A DNA stretch of 64,000 nt from NCBI GenBank assembly GCA_013265495.1, contig MU058451.1:824584-888583 (forward strand), written 5' to 3'. Below, one piece after another: positions 24,637 to 37,409 of the stretch. Each line of letters begins with the position of its first letter. Position 1 is the stretch's first letter. The notes beneath the pieces were generated by a model, which was not told where the DNA came from, did no database searches, and worked only from the letters and a program-made list of their open reading frames with translations. The DNA comes from Vicugna vicugna (lineage: Eukaryota). A program made the translations under genes and the position numbers.

Positions 24637-24699
24637 AGGCCAGGAAAATAGCATCTTTTCTGGTCCTTTCTAAAATATATTTCCTCTTGCCATGGCGTT

Positions 24700-24880
24700 A
24701 CGTTGGGAATCAAAGAATTTGAAGACTTGGATCCAACTGGGGACTGTGCAATTTATTAGAAGTTGTGTGAACTTGGGCCCCAATGTCCTCAGCTGTAAAA
24801 GGTGAGATAGTGATGGGATCTGTGCATCGCAGCATGTCTGGTGTGTACCAGCCATGAGGGGGGCTCAGCACACGGACTAT
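24700..24880 (+). mobile_element. MIR SINE
   Basis: ttgtgtgaacttgggc...cctcagctgtaaaaggtgagatagtgat. Confidence 0.55.
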
Positions 24881-25777
24881 TCCCACCATGGCACTGACAG
24901 TCACGTCCCCACACCTCGTGCATTGTCCTGCAGAGGCGTCCTCAGTGTCTTGTGTTGGAGTCCTCATTATATTTTGTAGAGATGTGCCACGCCTTATTCC
25001 TAGTAAACAACCTGAGAGTAGTCAGGAAGCATAACTCCCCTCAGATTCGCTCTGTGCAGCTCCTGCTGCTGCCTTTACTCTCTGCCCCAGGTCTCTCCTG
25101 CCCTGCACCCCGGCAGTGCTCCCTGGGAGTCACTTCCTAGTGCATCGGAGCAAGAAGTGGATTCTCCCGCTGGGGAGAGTCATGGCCATCCTAGAACTGT
25201 GTGTGTGAACTCATTCTACCTTCATCCTGTGGGACAAAGGGTTGGTGAAGATGACCAAGTCACATAAATGAACACGCCGCTCTGGGTGGGTGCATGTGGG
25301 TCTCCGTGCTTTGTTTCCTAGCTATGTGGTCGGTTCCCCCGGGACAGCCTTGTCCTGTACAGGGCTTCATGGAGCTCTGGGAACCGGGGATGTGTGTGCC
25401 AGGCAGCCCTCTGGCAGAGGCATGGCTTGTTTATCATTCTGGTTTAAATTGCTTCTTTTATATACTAGTATTTATATGTATAACAAATGGGGACTGGCTA
25501 ATTATGTGGTTCTTAGTGGGAATGAAGTCCCTGCTGGAACCAGCCCAATCTCTGCCCACTATTTATAGCCTTCATATGTCCCAAATTTTCCAGTTCTGAT
25601 TTCAAATATTCTATCCCACTGTCTCCAGAAGTGCACTTTATGCTTGTCAGACCACATGTCAATTTATGGTTTGAGAAATATAGTCACAGTATTATAACTG
25701 CCACCCCAAACACCACATTTTCTGACTGTGAGATTGGAATCCTGCCTTTTAAAAACAGATCGGACATACTTAGGAAG

Positions 25778-25781
<4 letters not shown>

Positions 25782-25810
<29 letters not shown>
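25782..25810 (+). repeat. (A)29 mononucleotide run
   Basis: Directly visible. Confidence 0.95.
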
Positions 25811-25811
<1 letters not shown>

Positions 25812-26124
25812 CCTTCAAATATTCTTGGTAAGCAGTTGACTCGAGGCTTCACTGAAACACCGTGCAGATCTGGGCTTAAAGGACTATGTAATAACACAGA
25901 GCTTGGTGACAGTTGTCCTTGACAGTCCCTTTCACAGGGAGCATGACCAATAGATAGGAGAATAAGTGAACAAGTTGAATGATTATGTAGAGATTCTCAT
26001 GTTACTGGAAACTACAGAGCTCTGATCTGAATACGCTGTTTCTTCTTAATCCTATATGAAGGCAGAACTTTTTTTCTGTATTAAGTGAGAAAGGGGACAG
26101 ACTTGTGGCACTATTTGGTCCCTT

Positions 26125-26320
26125 CTTTGTGCTGAGCAAGATGGTAGGCACTTTATCTCACTTAACCCTCTGAAGAGCGCTGGGACCCAGGCGGCATAAT
26201 CTTCACGTCGCAGATGGGAGAGAGGAGACTCAGAGAGACTAAGGAGCTTGTTTGGGACACTCAGGGAAGCAGGGTAGTTAGAACTAGAACTCGGGCCTCT
26301 GTGACTACAAAGCTTCTTTA
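26125..26320 (-). mobile_element. MIR SINE
   Basis: ggcactttatctcacttaaccctc...gcagatgggagagaggagactcagagagactaagg...aactagaactcgggcctctgtgact. Confidence 0.7.
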
Positions 26321-28887
26321 TAAATCAATGTTTCTCATTTGACTCTTCATTTTCCTCAGAATGGTAATAGATAAAATTTAACTAAAATCATTTCCCATCA
26401 GCCCCAAGCTCCTCATTATTTGTGAAGTGATATTTACAAATGTAACCAGCATGAGAAATGCCCTGTTGCCTTGGTCACAGCTTCCTGCCCAGGGTCGCAG
26501 GGCTGGGGTGGGTGTCTGTGTGCTGGGGGGCATGCGTTGGTGGGAGTGCTTGGAGGCCACGTGGAGAGATGGTCTTACCCAGTCTTGCGCCTTATCCCCG
26601 ATGAAGCCCTGCAGTGGCTCTGCATGACTGGACTGAATCTTCAAATCTGGTATTTTCGACAGCACATACACACACCCTAGTCAGTGGAATTCTACTTCAA
26701 CATGTCTCAAAAACCAAGGGACGGCTTTGTACACCATGTCTCCCTGTCTCACATACCCCAACAGACATCACTAAAGGAATCACAACAAAATGGTGGCCAT
26801 CGGCTCCAGAAAACCCAGAGTCTTTTCAGACATGGCAACCTCTGTTCAGTCTATGGAAAATGATCTCAATAAGTTGTTTATAAATCAAAGAGAGGGGGTG
26901 CAGCTTCTGTAAGAGGAATGACTCTAGGACCTAGAACAGTACCTGATCCAACATTGGTGCTCAATGTTGTTGAGTAAATAAATGAGGGATTCAGCAACTT
27001 CTAAGATTTATTACAGAAAAGTCCGCAGACTATTGCAGCATTTCATAAACTGGCAGACATGACGCCCAAGACAGAAAAGAGTCTTGATTAATCCCTTTTT
27101 GGGAATCATCAGAGGTGGTTCTCTTTTCAGAGGTCCCTGGATACTACCGGGAGCATGCTATCTGTGAAACCCAGATACCCCAGCACCTATAGCACGGTCC
27201 TGGTACTTACAGGCAGATGATAGCACAATATCTAGACCACAGCTTAGCAGTGGCCAAGAGTGTGAACTGACTGTGATTCTGCTGTTTGTTATGGGAAACC
27301 CATAATAGAAAAACTCTCTACTGAAAAATACTGCTTTAGACTTATTAGCTGAGGGGGCCAAGACAAAAAATATGTGATCTTCATAATGACAATGATTACC
27401 TAATTGCCATTGCTGGAACTTTGCTTTATGAATAATTTTCTGCTACCTCTCTGTGAGGATGTACTGAAGTGGCTTCCTGGAAAAACACTGGCCGGATTTA
27501 ATGCTTATGACTTTTAAACTGCAGAACACTCTAAACAAAGTAAATTACCATTAGATAATCCAAAATATTCTTGGAGAAACTGGGGCTGCATCTGGATTCA
27601 GCTGTTACATCTTTTTCATTTAAAACTAAAAGTATGCCTGCCTCTGGGGAAGAAAAAGAATTTGACCATAAAGTCCAATCAAATGACCTCCAATTAGTCA
27701 GATATACTTGAGGTTCTGTGCCGTTTATTTTAGAGGGAAGAAAGCAAACAAGTAGGGGCTTGTGGCAGTTTTTCTTTGTTGAAATGTATGGTAGATTATT
27801 TGGAGGAAAAGAAAAAAGGATCAGAAGTTCTTGCCTTTCAAATATGACTGGAAATCCATAATCAGATTGGAAACATTTGTCCACCACATGCCTTTGTGCT
27901 GGTAAACTTGGGAGTGAATTCCTGCCCAGAAGACTGAGGCTCCAGCCTCTACCAGTTAGGGCAAAGACTGGGATTTTTTTTTTTTTTAATAAGAGGCAGA
28001 GACCTGTTTTTATGTGCTCTGCATTTAGTATGGCAGGACATATTAAAAAAAAAAAAACACTTGGCTTGAGTGAAAAGTGAGGACTTGTGGATTAACTCTT
28101 ACTAAGAGGTAATTAAACTTTCCCCTTACCTCCTGGAGGGTTGCCTCCCATTCTCCCCCACACAGATGACGGAGTGATCAGTGATACCTTGGGTTGGGCT
28201 TGACAGCTACAAAAGGGTGGATACCGTTTGGTTCTACACCCAGTGGTCTCACATAGAGGCAATCACAGGATGGAGTTCCCTCCTACTGGTAAACTACTAT
28301 TCCATCTGGTAAGGTGGTTAGAAAGAAAGAAAGGGAAGTGGAGGCCAGCCATCAAGGAGGTGGGGTTATGTGGGCCGGGCTGCGCTGTGCCCTGGACGAC
28401 GCCCCTTCTAACTGGGCACCACCAGGCTCCCTGGTTTGCATCCATCACTCCATCACTAACCAACCCACCACAAAGCAGAAGTTTGGGGATAATGAAGATA
28501 GATGACCGAGGAACGAGAAAAGTGAATGTTTAAAGAGAAATGTATAACAAAATAGGTCTGATTCTATAAAAGGGACTGAAAAACGATTTAATGATTTGAC
28601 TGAATTTACTGAAAACTGACTCTCCTATCGCCTTGTATCTTTCCCCCTCACCTTCATAATATTTTGAAGCTGTTGTATAGATGCACAAAGGCAACTTGTC
28701 TAAGACTATTTTTCTATGTTGACTTCAGCAATGCCTCTCTTAAGTGTAACATTTATAAAATATGGACCTTGCTCGATGCTTCTGAACTTGAAATGTGAAC
28801 TTTTTAAGAGGAGTGATGTTGAAGATCCAATGGTGTCTACTTTACTTTTTTTGGAGTATTTTTATTGTATTAAAATGTTTTTCCTCC

Positions 28888-29050
28888 CGCATTATTGATA
28901 TAATTGACATACAGCACTGTCCAGGTGGAAGGTATGCAGCATAGTGATTTGACATACATGCATTATGAAATGATTAGCACATTTTAGTTTAGTGAACATC
29001 CATCATCTCATGTGGATACATCATTAAAGAAATAGAAAACAAATTTTTTA
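28888..29050 (-). mobile_element. L1 3'-end fragment (L1MA9-like, laurasiatherian type)
   Basis: tataattgacatacagcactgt...catagtgatttgac...tgaaatgattagcac...gtttagtgaacatccatcatctca. Confidence 0.8.
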
Positions 29051-30769
29051 AAATTATTAAACAAAAATTTTTTCCTCATCCAAAAACACCCCCTGTAGAT
29101 TTAGCATACCTTGTGACATTTGGATTATCCAGAAGGAGTTTGTTGGAAATCACAAAGTTAGGTGACAGCCCAGCCCAGTTGGTGCCTGTGGAGCATTTAG
29201 CATTCATTTCGGGGCTGAACATGTCAGTACTCTTGACACAGCTATGGAACTCAATCAACTGGTGGCCTGAGGGAACACTTTACCATTACAATTTGTTACT
29301 GATACAACTCACGGGACAGATGCTCATTATAAGACAGAGAGTTAATGAGGCCAAGGATCTCTGTTCAGTGCCTCTAGGGACCAGTTATCTTTGTTCTGTT
29401 CCAAGGCTGCCTCCACAACCCATAACCTTTGCCAGCTGTCACACACCAGGGCATGCTCTTTGTCACACGGGGGCCCAGAAGGGAGGCTGTGAGCCGCTGA
29501 GCCCAGGCGCATCACCACTTAGGAGAAACGAAGCTGGAGCCATGCACTCCTCAGAGAGGTCACCTGCAACAACTGAGTAAGTGGCGAACAGTCCAGTTCA
29601 TAACCTGGACCGAGGGCTGTCACCACGTGTTGTGGTTCTATGCGGCCAGTGGCCGGGCATGGTTGGCTGGAGACGAGCTCGCCATATTTGCTGAACATGG
29701 AGTCACTCCAAAGCCCCGATTCTAGCAAAATACTCAACTCACAGAATTCAAAGTGGACTTGGGCCTATTACAACAGCTTACCCCGTCCAGAAACCCCCTT
29801 TTGCTGAACCCATATATTTCAGATTATTCCAGTATTACCTAGGAACATTCTTCGAATAATAGACTGGTATATTTTCTTTCTGGCAAGCCTCACCTTGATC
29901 TGCATTATCATTTAGACCCCTTCTGAAAACACCATTCATTTCAATAAGCAATAGAGACTGAAATAAAATTCCATTCATGCTTAACTCTCCAATGTGGTTT
30001 GGAAATGCTTTCTTCTTCAGCCAGTCTTATGTTACATGCTGGATGGTCTTTTCTTTGACCACCTCATAAAAAGGGGCTCATAAATACTTTTCATGTGTTA
30101 TTTAAACTAGCGGTACTCCCCGAGGCACTGCACTCCTTTTTTTTTTTAAAATCCTTTGTGTATTTCGAAAGCATTTTTAAACCAGTAGCAGAGGTAAAAG
30201 CATCGCCTAACTGGAGAGGGCCATGTTCTGTCACTATCAGGCCACAAATTTCCTTTACTGATAAAAAAGAATTTACTTCTCAGCAAAATGTTGCCTGATT
30301 TATACGCTTTCTTTCTAAAAATAATCCTGTGTGAGCTATAAGTGTCAGAGTTTGAATATATGTGTCTTTTCTTAATGCTTGGAATTGTGACTTTTCAGCA
30401 TGAGGATATGCTACAGTATTTTGGTAAACAAAGATTTCTTTTCTCATAACAACCTGTTAACTTCTAAGTAAGGAGGGAGAGGAGACAGAAGGGTTGTTGT
30501 CTGGTGTAGGCTTGTTGTGCTGTGTGTGGCGTGGTCTTGGCTTGGAGATGAGATGGTCCATCTACCCTCCCTAGCAGGTTAGGGTAGGGGCATGGCTGGC
30601 ACCTCACTGATGCCCTGACACACACGTTGCTTTTCCCTTGAGTCTCTTAGCTTTTGTATTTTTATTACACTTGCCCTTCCTGCTCTGAGATAAACTTTGG
30701 TTGGCTCTACTACTATGTTCTTCATTTCATTTTTGCATGCATCCACCATGGCTCCCTACTCCTTACTTA

Positions 30770-31050
30770 AGTCACGGAATACTAATACAGAGTTAGAAGG
30801 GGACTGAGAGACCATCCAGTCCCTCTTCCCTCTAAGTGCAGAAATCCTTCCTTCAGTATTCCACATGGCTGCCTCTCTCGTATTTGTTCCCATCATTTTA
30901 GGAACAAGTAGTTTTCAGCTTTGCAGGTTGCACCCTTATTGCTCAGACTGAGAGATTCTAAGCATGGATTGTATCTTCACCCCTCTGTTGGCACTTACCT
31001 ACAAAGCTTATGAACTCAGTGGAACTTTGTGTACCTAATTTTGCTAGACT
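30770..31050 (-). mobile_element. CR1/L3 LINE 3' remnant
   Basis: tcacggaat...agagttagaaggggactgagagaccatccagtcc...gcagaaatccttccttcagtattcc, matching the antisense L3 3' end. Confidence 0.55.
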
Positions 31051-32179
31051 CCTTATGGGTTTGAGAAATGTCAGCTCTAATCCTCCTAACTGCCTTATTT
31101 ACAGTCATCCTTCTTCAGTGTATATATTCCAATCCATACGGACGGACGTGACTTCTCGACAAAATTCATGGACCTGTATTTCCAGTTGCTTCCTGGTCAT
31201 CTCTACATGGGTTCATTTAACCTTCTTTAAATGATGAGGATGTGAGATGCAGAGATTGTATGATTTGTCCAAGTTCGCACAGCTAGACAATGGCAGTCAA
31301 GAATCAGCCAAGGTCTCCTGGCTACTAGACCAGGGCAACAGCCTCTGCGTTTACAAATTCCTGTTTGGTGTGTTTAGTGGCAGGGGTAGTGGGCAATTTT
31401 TAAAATATTTAAGACACTACCAGTGAAATCCAGGAGATTTTTTATAATCTCACTTAAAATGGGAGCCTTTGTTTTTACTAAATGGAGAGCTGGGGAAACT
31501 TGAGGATCATTTTGTGCTGCTGGAGTCTCCTGCTGAATTCCCATACTATCAAGATTCTCTTACAACATCTGGCCACTTTACAGGGCGTTTCATGGAGCAA
31601 ATCAATTAACGTTAAAAAAAAAAAAGTCAGGGCTGAGAGAAAGAAAGAAAATATTTGAATGGTAGTGTTGCGCTCTCCAAATTCCTGAATTTTGGATGGC
31701 AGAGTTGCACAAAATCTTGCAACTAATCACTTCTGTGTAACACAACTTACTCTTTAACAAAAATGTAAACATTTTATTTTCAAACTTAGACCAGGGTTGT
31801 GAGATTCTTTTGGACCATTGACAAAACATAGACATTATTTTATACGAATACCCTTAGCTATACCACAAATTTATCCTCTGTCTGACAGTGGGGTCTGAGA
31901 CGAAGACTGTGGGTTGAGAAATTACTTTTAGCCATTAAGACCCTGGGAGTGGTTCTTCTGAGATATAGTTATTGGATTCTGGCTAAACAGTGCAGGGGAA
32001 TCTTGGCAATGGCTACTGAGATCACTTGAACAGTGCTCGATGTAGAAAAACATAGAAGCTATTTCCACCTGTGAAGTTAAGTCTTGGTAAATTCACTTCA
32101 AATAGTTCACATTGGTTGTTCCCATAGAGACTCAGTAGATATGTGCCACAGACATGGAACCGTGAAGTCATTCACTTAC

Positions 32180-32292
32180 TCACTTATCTCTATCTTGAAT
32201 ATATAAACACCACCAGATGCTGATCTATCTAAAGTATTTAGAATAGTGCTTGACACATAGTTGGTGCTCAATACATCAGTCATCAAATCAAT
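32180..32292 (+). mobile_element. L2 3' end
   Basis: tagaatagtgcttgacacatagttggtgctcaata. Confidence 0.7.
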
Positions 32293-33879
32293 AGAGGAGC
32301 GTGATTAAAGAACAGAGTTGATGCTTTAATGCTCTGTGAACTTAGGGTAGTCACCGTTTTATAAATTCTGTGATATTTTGGAAAGAACCTAATTTCTCTG
32401 ATTTGCAGAAATCCTCCTCTATGAGAGGATAGCACTTCTCTTGCAGGGCTGGTGTAAGAATGAAATGGAGTGACATTTACCAAGTGGCTCCATCACTAAT
32501 TAGCAATTCTATGGAAATAAATGTGTTTAACTTAAGTCTGTTTCTTTATCTGTTACGTGGGGCTGAAAATGCCTGGCTTATGACTCTCCTATGGTCCAAT
32601 AAGTCATAAATGATCAGACTTATTACACTGCAGATGCCATAGAATGTAAGGCACTGTTACCACACGCCTCTATTCAGAGTCGACAAGCAAATGCCCTTCT
32701 CAGGCACTTAATTCTGACTAAAGTGAAGCTCGTTAATGAACATGACTTAGAGATCACAAGGCTTGCCGTGTCTTCATTCACCTCTCCAAACATAATCAAA
32801 TGAATATACTATTAAGTACCTCTTTGAAAAATCAAAGTTTCTTTGCTATCGCTGAGCTGACAGAAACAATGCTGAGAATGGAGGGGATGAGGACAGTTCA
32901 GTCCTCTCCAAGGATTCCAGTTCACGGGGAAGGGGCGTCCCTCCTCTTGTCCACTCGGGGAACCTCTTGGGCTCAGGCGTTCGTCTAGGTCTTTACCGCA
33001 CTCTTTCCCAGCCCCTCCCCAGCAGACACCCCCTGCCTCGAACATACACATACTGCAGTGAGACAGACTTCAGGCGTTGTTTTCTCTTACTCCCTTCCCC
33101 AAGTCCTTTCCCAGGCTGTGGAAGGCAATGAGCTATAATCTGTTGGAAATGGAAATACAGCAATAACTCCAAAACGGAGCGAGCCTCACAAGTTTGAAAA
33201 ATTGAGCCAAGCTGCATGATTTTCTAAACATTCCATCACATTAATACCTTGTGGGTCTAGGGGGACCTCCATCTAAATCTCTCCAGACACTTTCTTGAGT
33301 TTGGTTAATTCTCAGTGTAGCCATGGTGAAACATTTCCACATTTTGGAGGGGCCGCGAATGAAGCCCACACGCAGTCAGGACACCGCCCAGGAACCCCGG
33401 TGAGAAGAGGAAGCTTCGACCCTGAGCTCCGTTGTCTCTCAGCACCTGCGGGCACGGCCGGCGAAGCTGTGCAGCGGGATGTGGGGAGAAGACAAGGGAG
33501 TTTGTTTCAAATCAAATTCAGTTTTCAAATGGAACAAGAAACACATTGCTTTATTTTTCATAGCTGGAAGATTCCATACTTGCCAAACAATGGAATGGAA
33601 AGAATCTGTCTAGAATCAACTACTTTCTGTGGCCTCTGTCTGGAATTCTCCCCGTGACCAAATTATTAATGAAATTATTCAATAAACAATTACCAGACAC
33701 ATTCTAGGTACTCTCCTAGGTTTCAGAAAACATAAATGTGGACAAAAGTACCCTCTTCCCTCACAGAGCTCACTGTGTGATAACTGAGAGGCCAACAGAC
33801 ACATTATTGAAATACCACAGGGTAATCTATGTATACCACACATATGTTTGTGAATTCACTCTTCAACCTTAAAAAGAAA

Positions 33880-35062
33880 CTTCTTCCAGGAAGCCTTCCC
33901 TGAATGTTCTCTACCTAAAATTATGCCTCTGAACTGCCCCAGCCTTATATCTGTACATCCCTTGTGGTCCTTTTATCTTTTTACCTTGCATTATGGTTAT
34001 GTATATACATTATTTTCCTTAGTGATTGAAGTCTCTTTTTATATATACATATATATGTTTTATTGAAGTATAGTCAGTTTACAATGTGTCAGTTTCTGGT
34101 GTACAGCAAAATACTTCAGTCATATAGTAACTTGCATATATTCATTTTCATATTCTTTTTAACTATAAGTTACTACAAGATATAAACTTGTTGTTTATCT
34201 ATTTTATATTTAGTAGTTAGTATCTGCAAATCTCAAACTCCCAATTTATCCCTTCCCATCCCCTTCCCCTTCTGGTAAACATAAGTTTGTTTTCTATGTA
34301 AGTCTGTTTCTGTTTTGTAAATAAGTTTGTCTTTTTTTTTTTTCAGACTCCACATAAAAGTGATATCATATGGTATTTTTCTTTCTCTTTCTGGCTTACT
34401 TCACTTAGAATGACATTCCATTCTCCAGGTCCATCTATGTTGCTGCAAATGGCATTATTTTATTATTTTTATGGCTGAGTAGTATTCAGTTGTATAAATA
34501 TACCACAACTTCTTTATCCAGTCATCTGTTGATGGACATTTAGGTTGTTTCCATGTCTTGGCTATTGTATATAGTGTAGCTATGAACATTGGGGTGCAGG
34601 TGTCTTTTTGAAGTAGGGTTCCTTCTGGATATATGCCCAGGAGCAGGATTCCTGGGTCATATGGTAAGTCTATTTTTAGTCTTTTGAGGAATCTCTGTAC
34701 TGCTTTCCACGGTGGCTGCACCAAACTACATTCCCACCAGCAGTGTAGGAGGGTTCCCTTTTCTCCACAGCCTCTCCAGCATTTATTGTTTGTGGACTTT
34801 TGAATGATGGCCATTCTGACTGGTGTGAGGTGATACCTCATTGTAGTTTTGATTTGCATTTCTCTGATAATTAATGACATTGAGCATTTTTTCATGTGCC
34901 TATTGGCCATTTGCATGTCTTCACTGGAGAACTGCTTGTTTAGGTCTCCTGCCCATTTTTGGATTGGGTTGTTTGAAGTTTCTTGACTATATTATATTCT
35001 GAGTACCTGTAACTTGTGCACAATATCCACTTAATATACGAGTTGAATGAACAAAGAATGAA
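33880..35062 (+). mobile_element. L2 3' region split by a young L1 insertion
   Basis: ttcttccaggaagccttccctga before the L1; L2-like tail ...ttgaatgaacaaagaatgaa after it. Confidence 0.55.
34038..34972 (-). mobile_element. Young lineage-specific 5'-truncated L1 (ORF2 C-terminus plus 3'UTR)
   Basis: ORF 34455-34916 (-) encodes L1 ORF2p C-terminus including the Cys-rich motif [22 protein letters not shown] ttgaagt(c/t)tctt at 34026-34037 and 34973-34984. Confidence 0.96.
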
Positions 35063-36949
35063 CACGTCAAAACTTGGCCAGTAATGTAAGAGATCTTATG
35101 CTTTATAACGGTGATATACATCTTTCTTCAGTAAATACCACTAGGAGCTGGTCAAGTGTAGAAAAGGAGAGGGGGAGGAAGGAAGGATGTCTACATATGT
35201 AGGATCTGAACATCTGTAGGGAGTTCTCAACTATATTCATGAGAAACTGAAGGCAGTACAACTGATTAAAATGGACTTTCGTTCTCATGATTGATTTCAG
35301 TAGGTGACTTAAACAACAGATGGTGGAATTCCCGAAGCATTCACAGCTCAAATATAAACCTATATTGTGTGTATGGTTTGGGTATTCTTTTGTTTATGGG
35401 ACAAACTTAAAAAAAACAAACGCTTATGCCCTACACTTTCCTCTGCTCAAAAACAGCATCTGGTGAGGAAACGGGGACTACTTTCACTTTCTAAGGGTGA
35501 ATCTTTGGTGCTATACGCGTCAATCTGGATAAATAAAAGATGAAAAGATATGAGGAACAGTAGGAATCACAAAATTGTATCTGTAAAGTAGAAAGGCTGA
35601 GATGTGCCTATAAAAATAGGCATCAGGAAAGATATTAATTGCTCGGAAACAAGCAGCCCGATCCAGGTGTACAGATAAATGGCAGAGCCTAAGTGGATAG
35701 GTGATGATGTAATGTTAGCCATAATAGAGTCAGCACGCTAGAAAAAAGCGTCAGTTCATTTTTTGGAGCTCCGTACTCGTCTGGAAGCATGCTTACGTGG
35801 AGCTTAGTAACCCGATGTTTAATTTTCCTTAGATGTATGCAGGGCTCGCTTGGAGCAAAGGGCTGTTGCTGCATCCTCTGCTGGGCCCTTCTCACTTACC
35901 AGGCTGGGGAGCTGGCTTTGGAATGGGGTTTTGGCGTGGTGGACTCGTGGACCAGCTCGGGGCAGTGAGGGGCTGCACTTCTCTGCCGTGAGGAGGGTTG
36001 GAGTGCCTTCATATACTCCTGGGATTCCCTTTCAAGGAATATCTTGGACTAAACTGTCTTCTTCCTGATGGATTGTGTTTTGGCTCCTCCTTTACCAAGG
36101 ATATAATCAGGGGCTGTTAAAATTTTTTTGGACTTTGATTTGGCCGGTAACTACACTGTTTTTGGAAACCTGTTTTCATTTAATTTCATTTCCTCTTTCC
36201 TGTTAAGCACATCACTGGACTGGAAGAGCAGAATCTCAGGTTTTTGGAAGTCTTTGCGTTGAGGGCTGCTGCTCAGCTCATATTGGGTACCAAAGGAGAA
36301 GACAACTGAAGCTGACTTCAGTGGTTCCCTCCAAGGGAAAGCCAGAATCCACACCCTGACCTGCCTTAGGTGGTTAGCACTAGCTTCGAAACAATAGTCA
36401 TTTAATACTATCATAACATTACATAAGTCATTTCCTTCCCTTCTAGAATGTGAAGGGTTATGTGAGAAGCAAAGAAAAACTCATATTTTCCACCGGCCTC
36501 CAATTATCCTTTCATCTGTACCAAAATATGGAGAGTGATGTTAAAAACTTGTGTGAGAATCTGGCAGAGTTTTATACGTTAATGTTGGCTCTGGTCTGGT
36601 TTCTGAAACCATCCTGGTAATTTGGAAGGTTTGCCAGCAAAAGCCGATTGTTCCGCGGGGGTTGTCAGTTTCATTCTTAGACAGTGGCTTTCCGTGGTCA
36701 GTTTGCTGTTGCTTTTAAAGAACACAAAACATGCCGGACAAGATTCCTGCTTACTCCCTTTGGCAAGTGTGTTTGGCGTCCACGTGACAGATCAGTGGAA
36801 TTTTTAGAAAACACAGGCATTTTGTGATATGAGAGGAACATGATGAAACGGGATGAAGAAAAGGCTGAGGGAGCGAAATTCATTCTCAGACACATAACCT
36901 TGTGTATCTAAATGAAAGAGAGCCTTTTCGTTGCCACCAAGCAACAAAA

Positions 36950-37409
36950 GCACCACTGCTTTAAAGCAAATATCACAATAAAGTGAATCATACAAATTTT
37001 TACATTTCCCAATGCATGTGAAAATTATGTCTACACTCTACTGCAGTCTATTAAGTGTGCAATAGCATTGTGTCTAGAAAAATCAATGTACATACCTTAA
37101 TTTAAAAATGCTTTACTGCTAAAAAATGCTAACCATCAACTGAGCCTTCGATGAGTCATATTTTGGCAATAGAAATGTCAAAGATCACTGATTACAGATC
37201 ACCCTAGCAAATATAACCATAGTGAAAACGTTTGAAATGTTGCAAGAATGACCAAGATATGACACAGAGACACGAAGTGAGCAAATGCTATTGGAAAAAT
37301 GGTGCTGATAGACTTGCTCGATACCACAAACTTTCAATTTGTTAAAAAAAAAATGCAGTATCTGTGAAGCACAAAAAAGTCAAGCACGCTAGCAGGAGGT
37401 CTGCTTGTA
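36950..37409 (-). mobile_element. Tigger1 internal-deletion derivative (Tigger1a-like), one terminus missing
   Basis: Matches both ends of the Tigger1 copy at 46602-48462 (ttaagtgtgcaatagcatt...; gacacagagacacgaagtgagcaaatg); ends gaggtctgcttgta. Confidence 0.88.

Noticed and set aside
25782..25810. Poly-A run (and poly-T at 39841-39870) as a processed pseudogene tail
   Set aside because: No TSD or adjacent mRNA-like body is visible; replication slippage is sufficient explanation.
29113..29580. 155-aa ORF in unique DNA
   Set aside because: Non-ATG start, no recognisable homology and no convincing splice boundaries.
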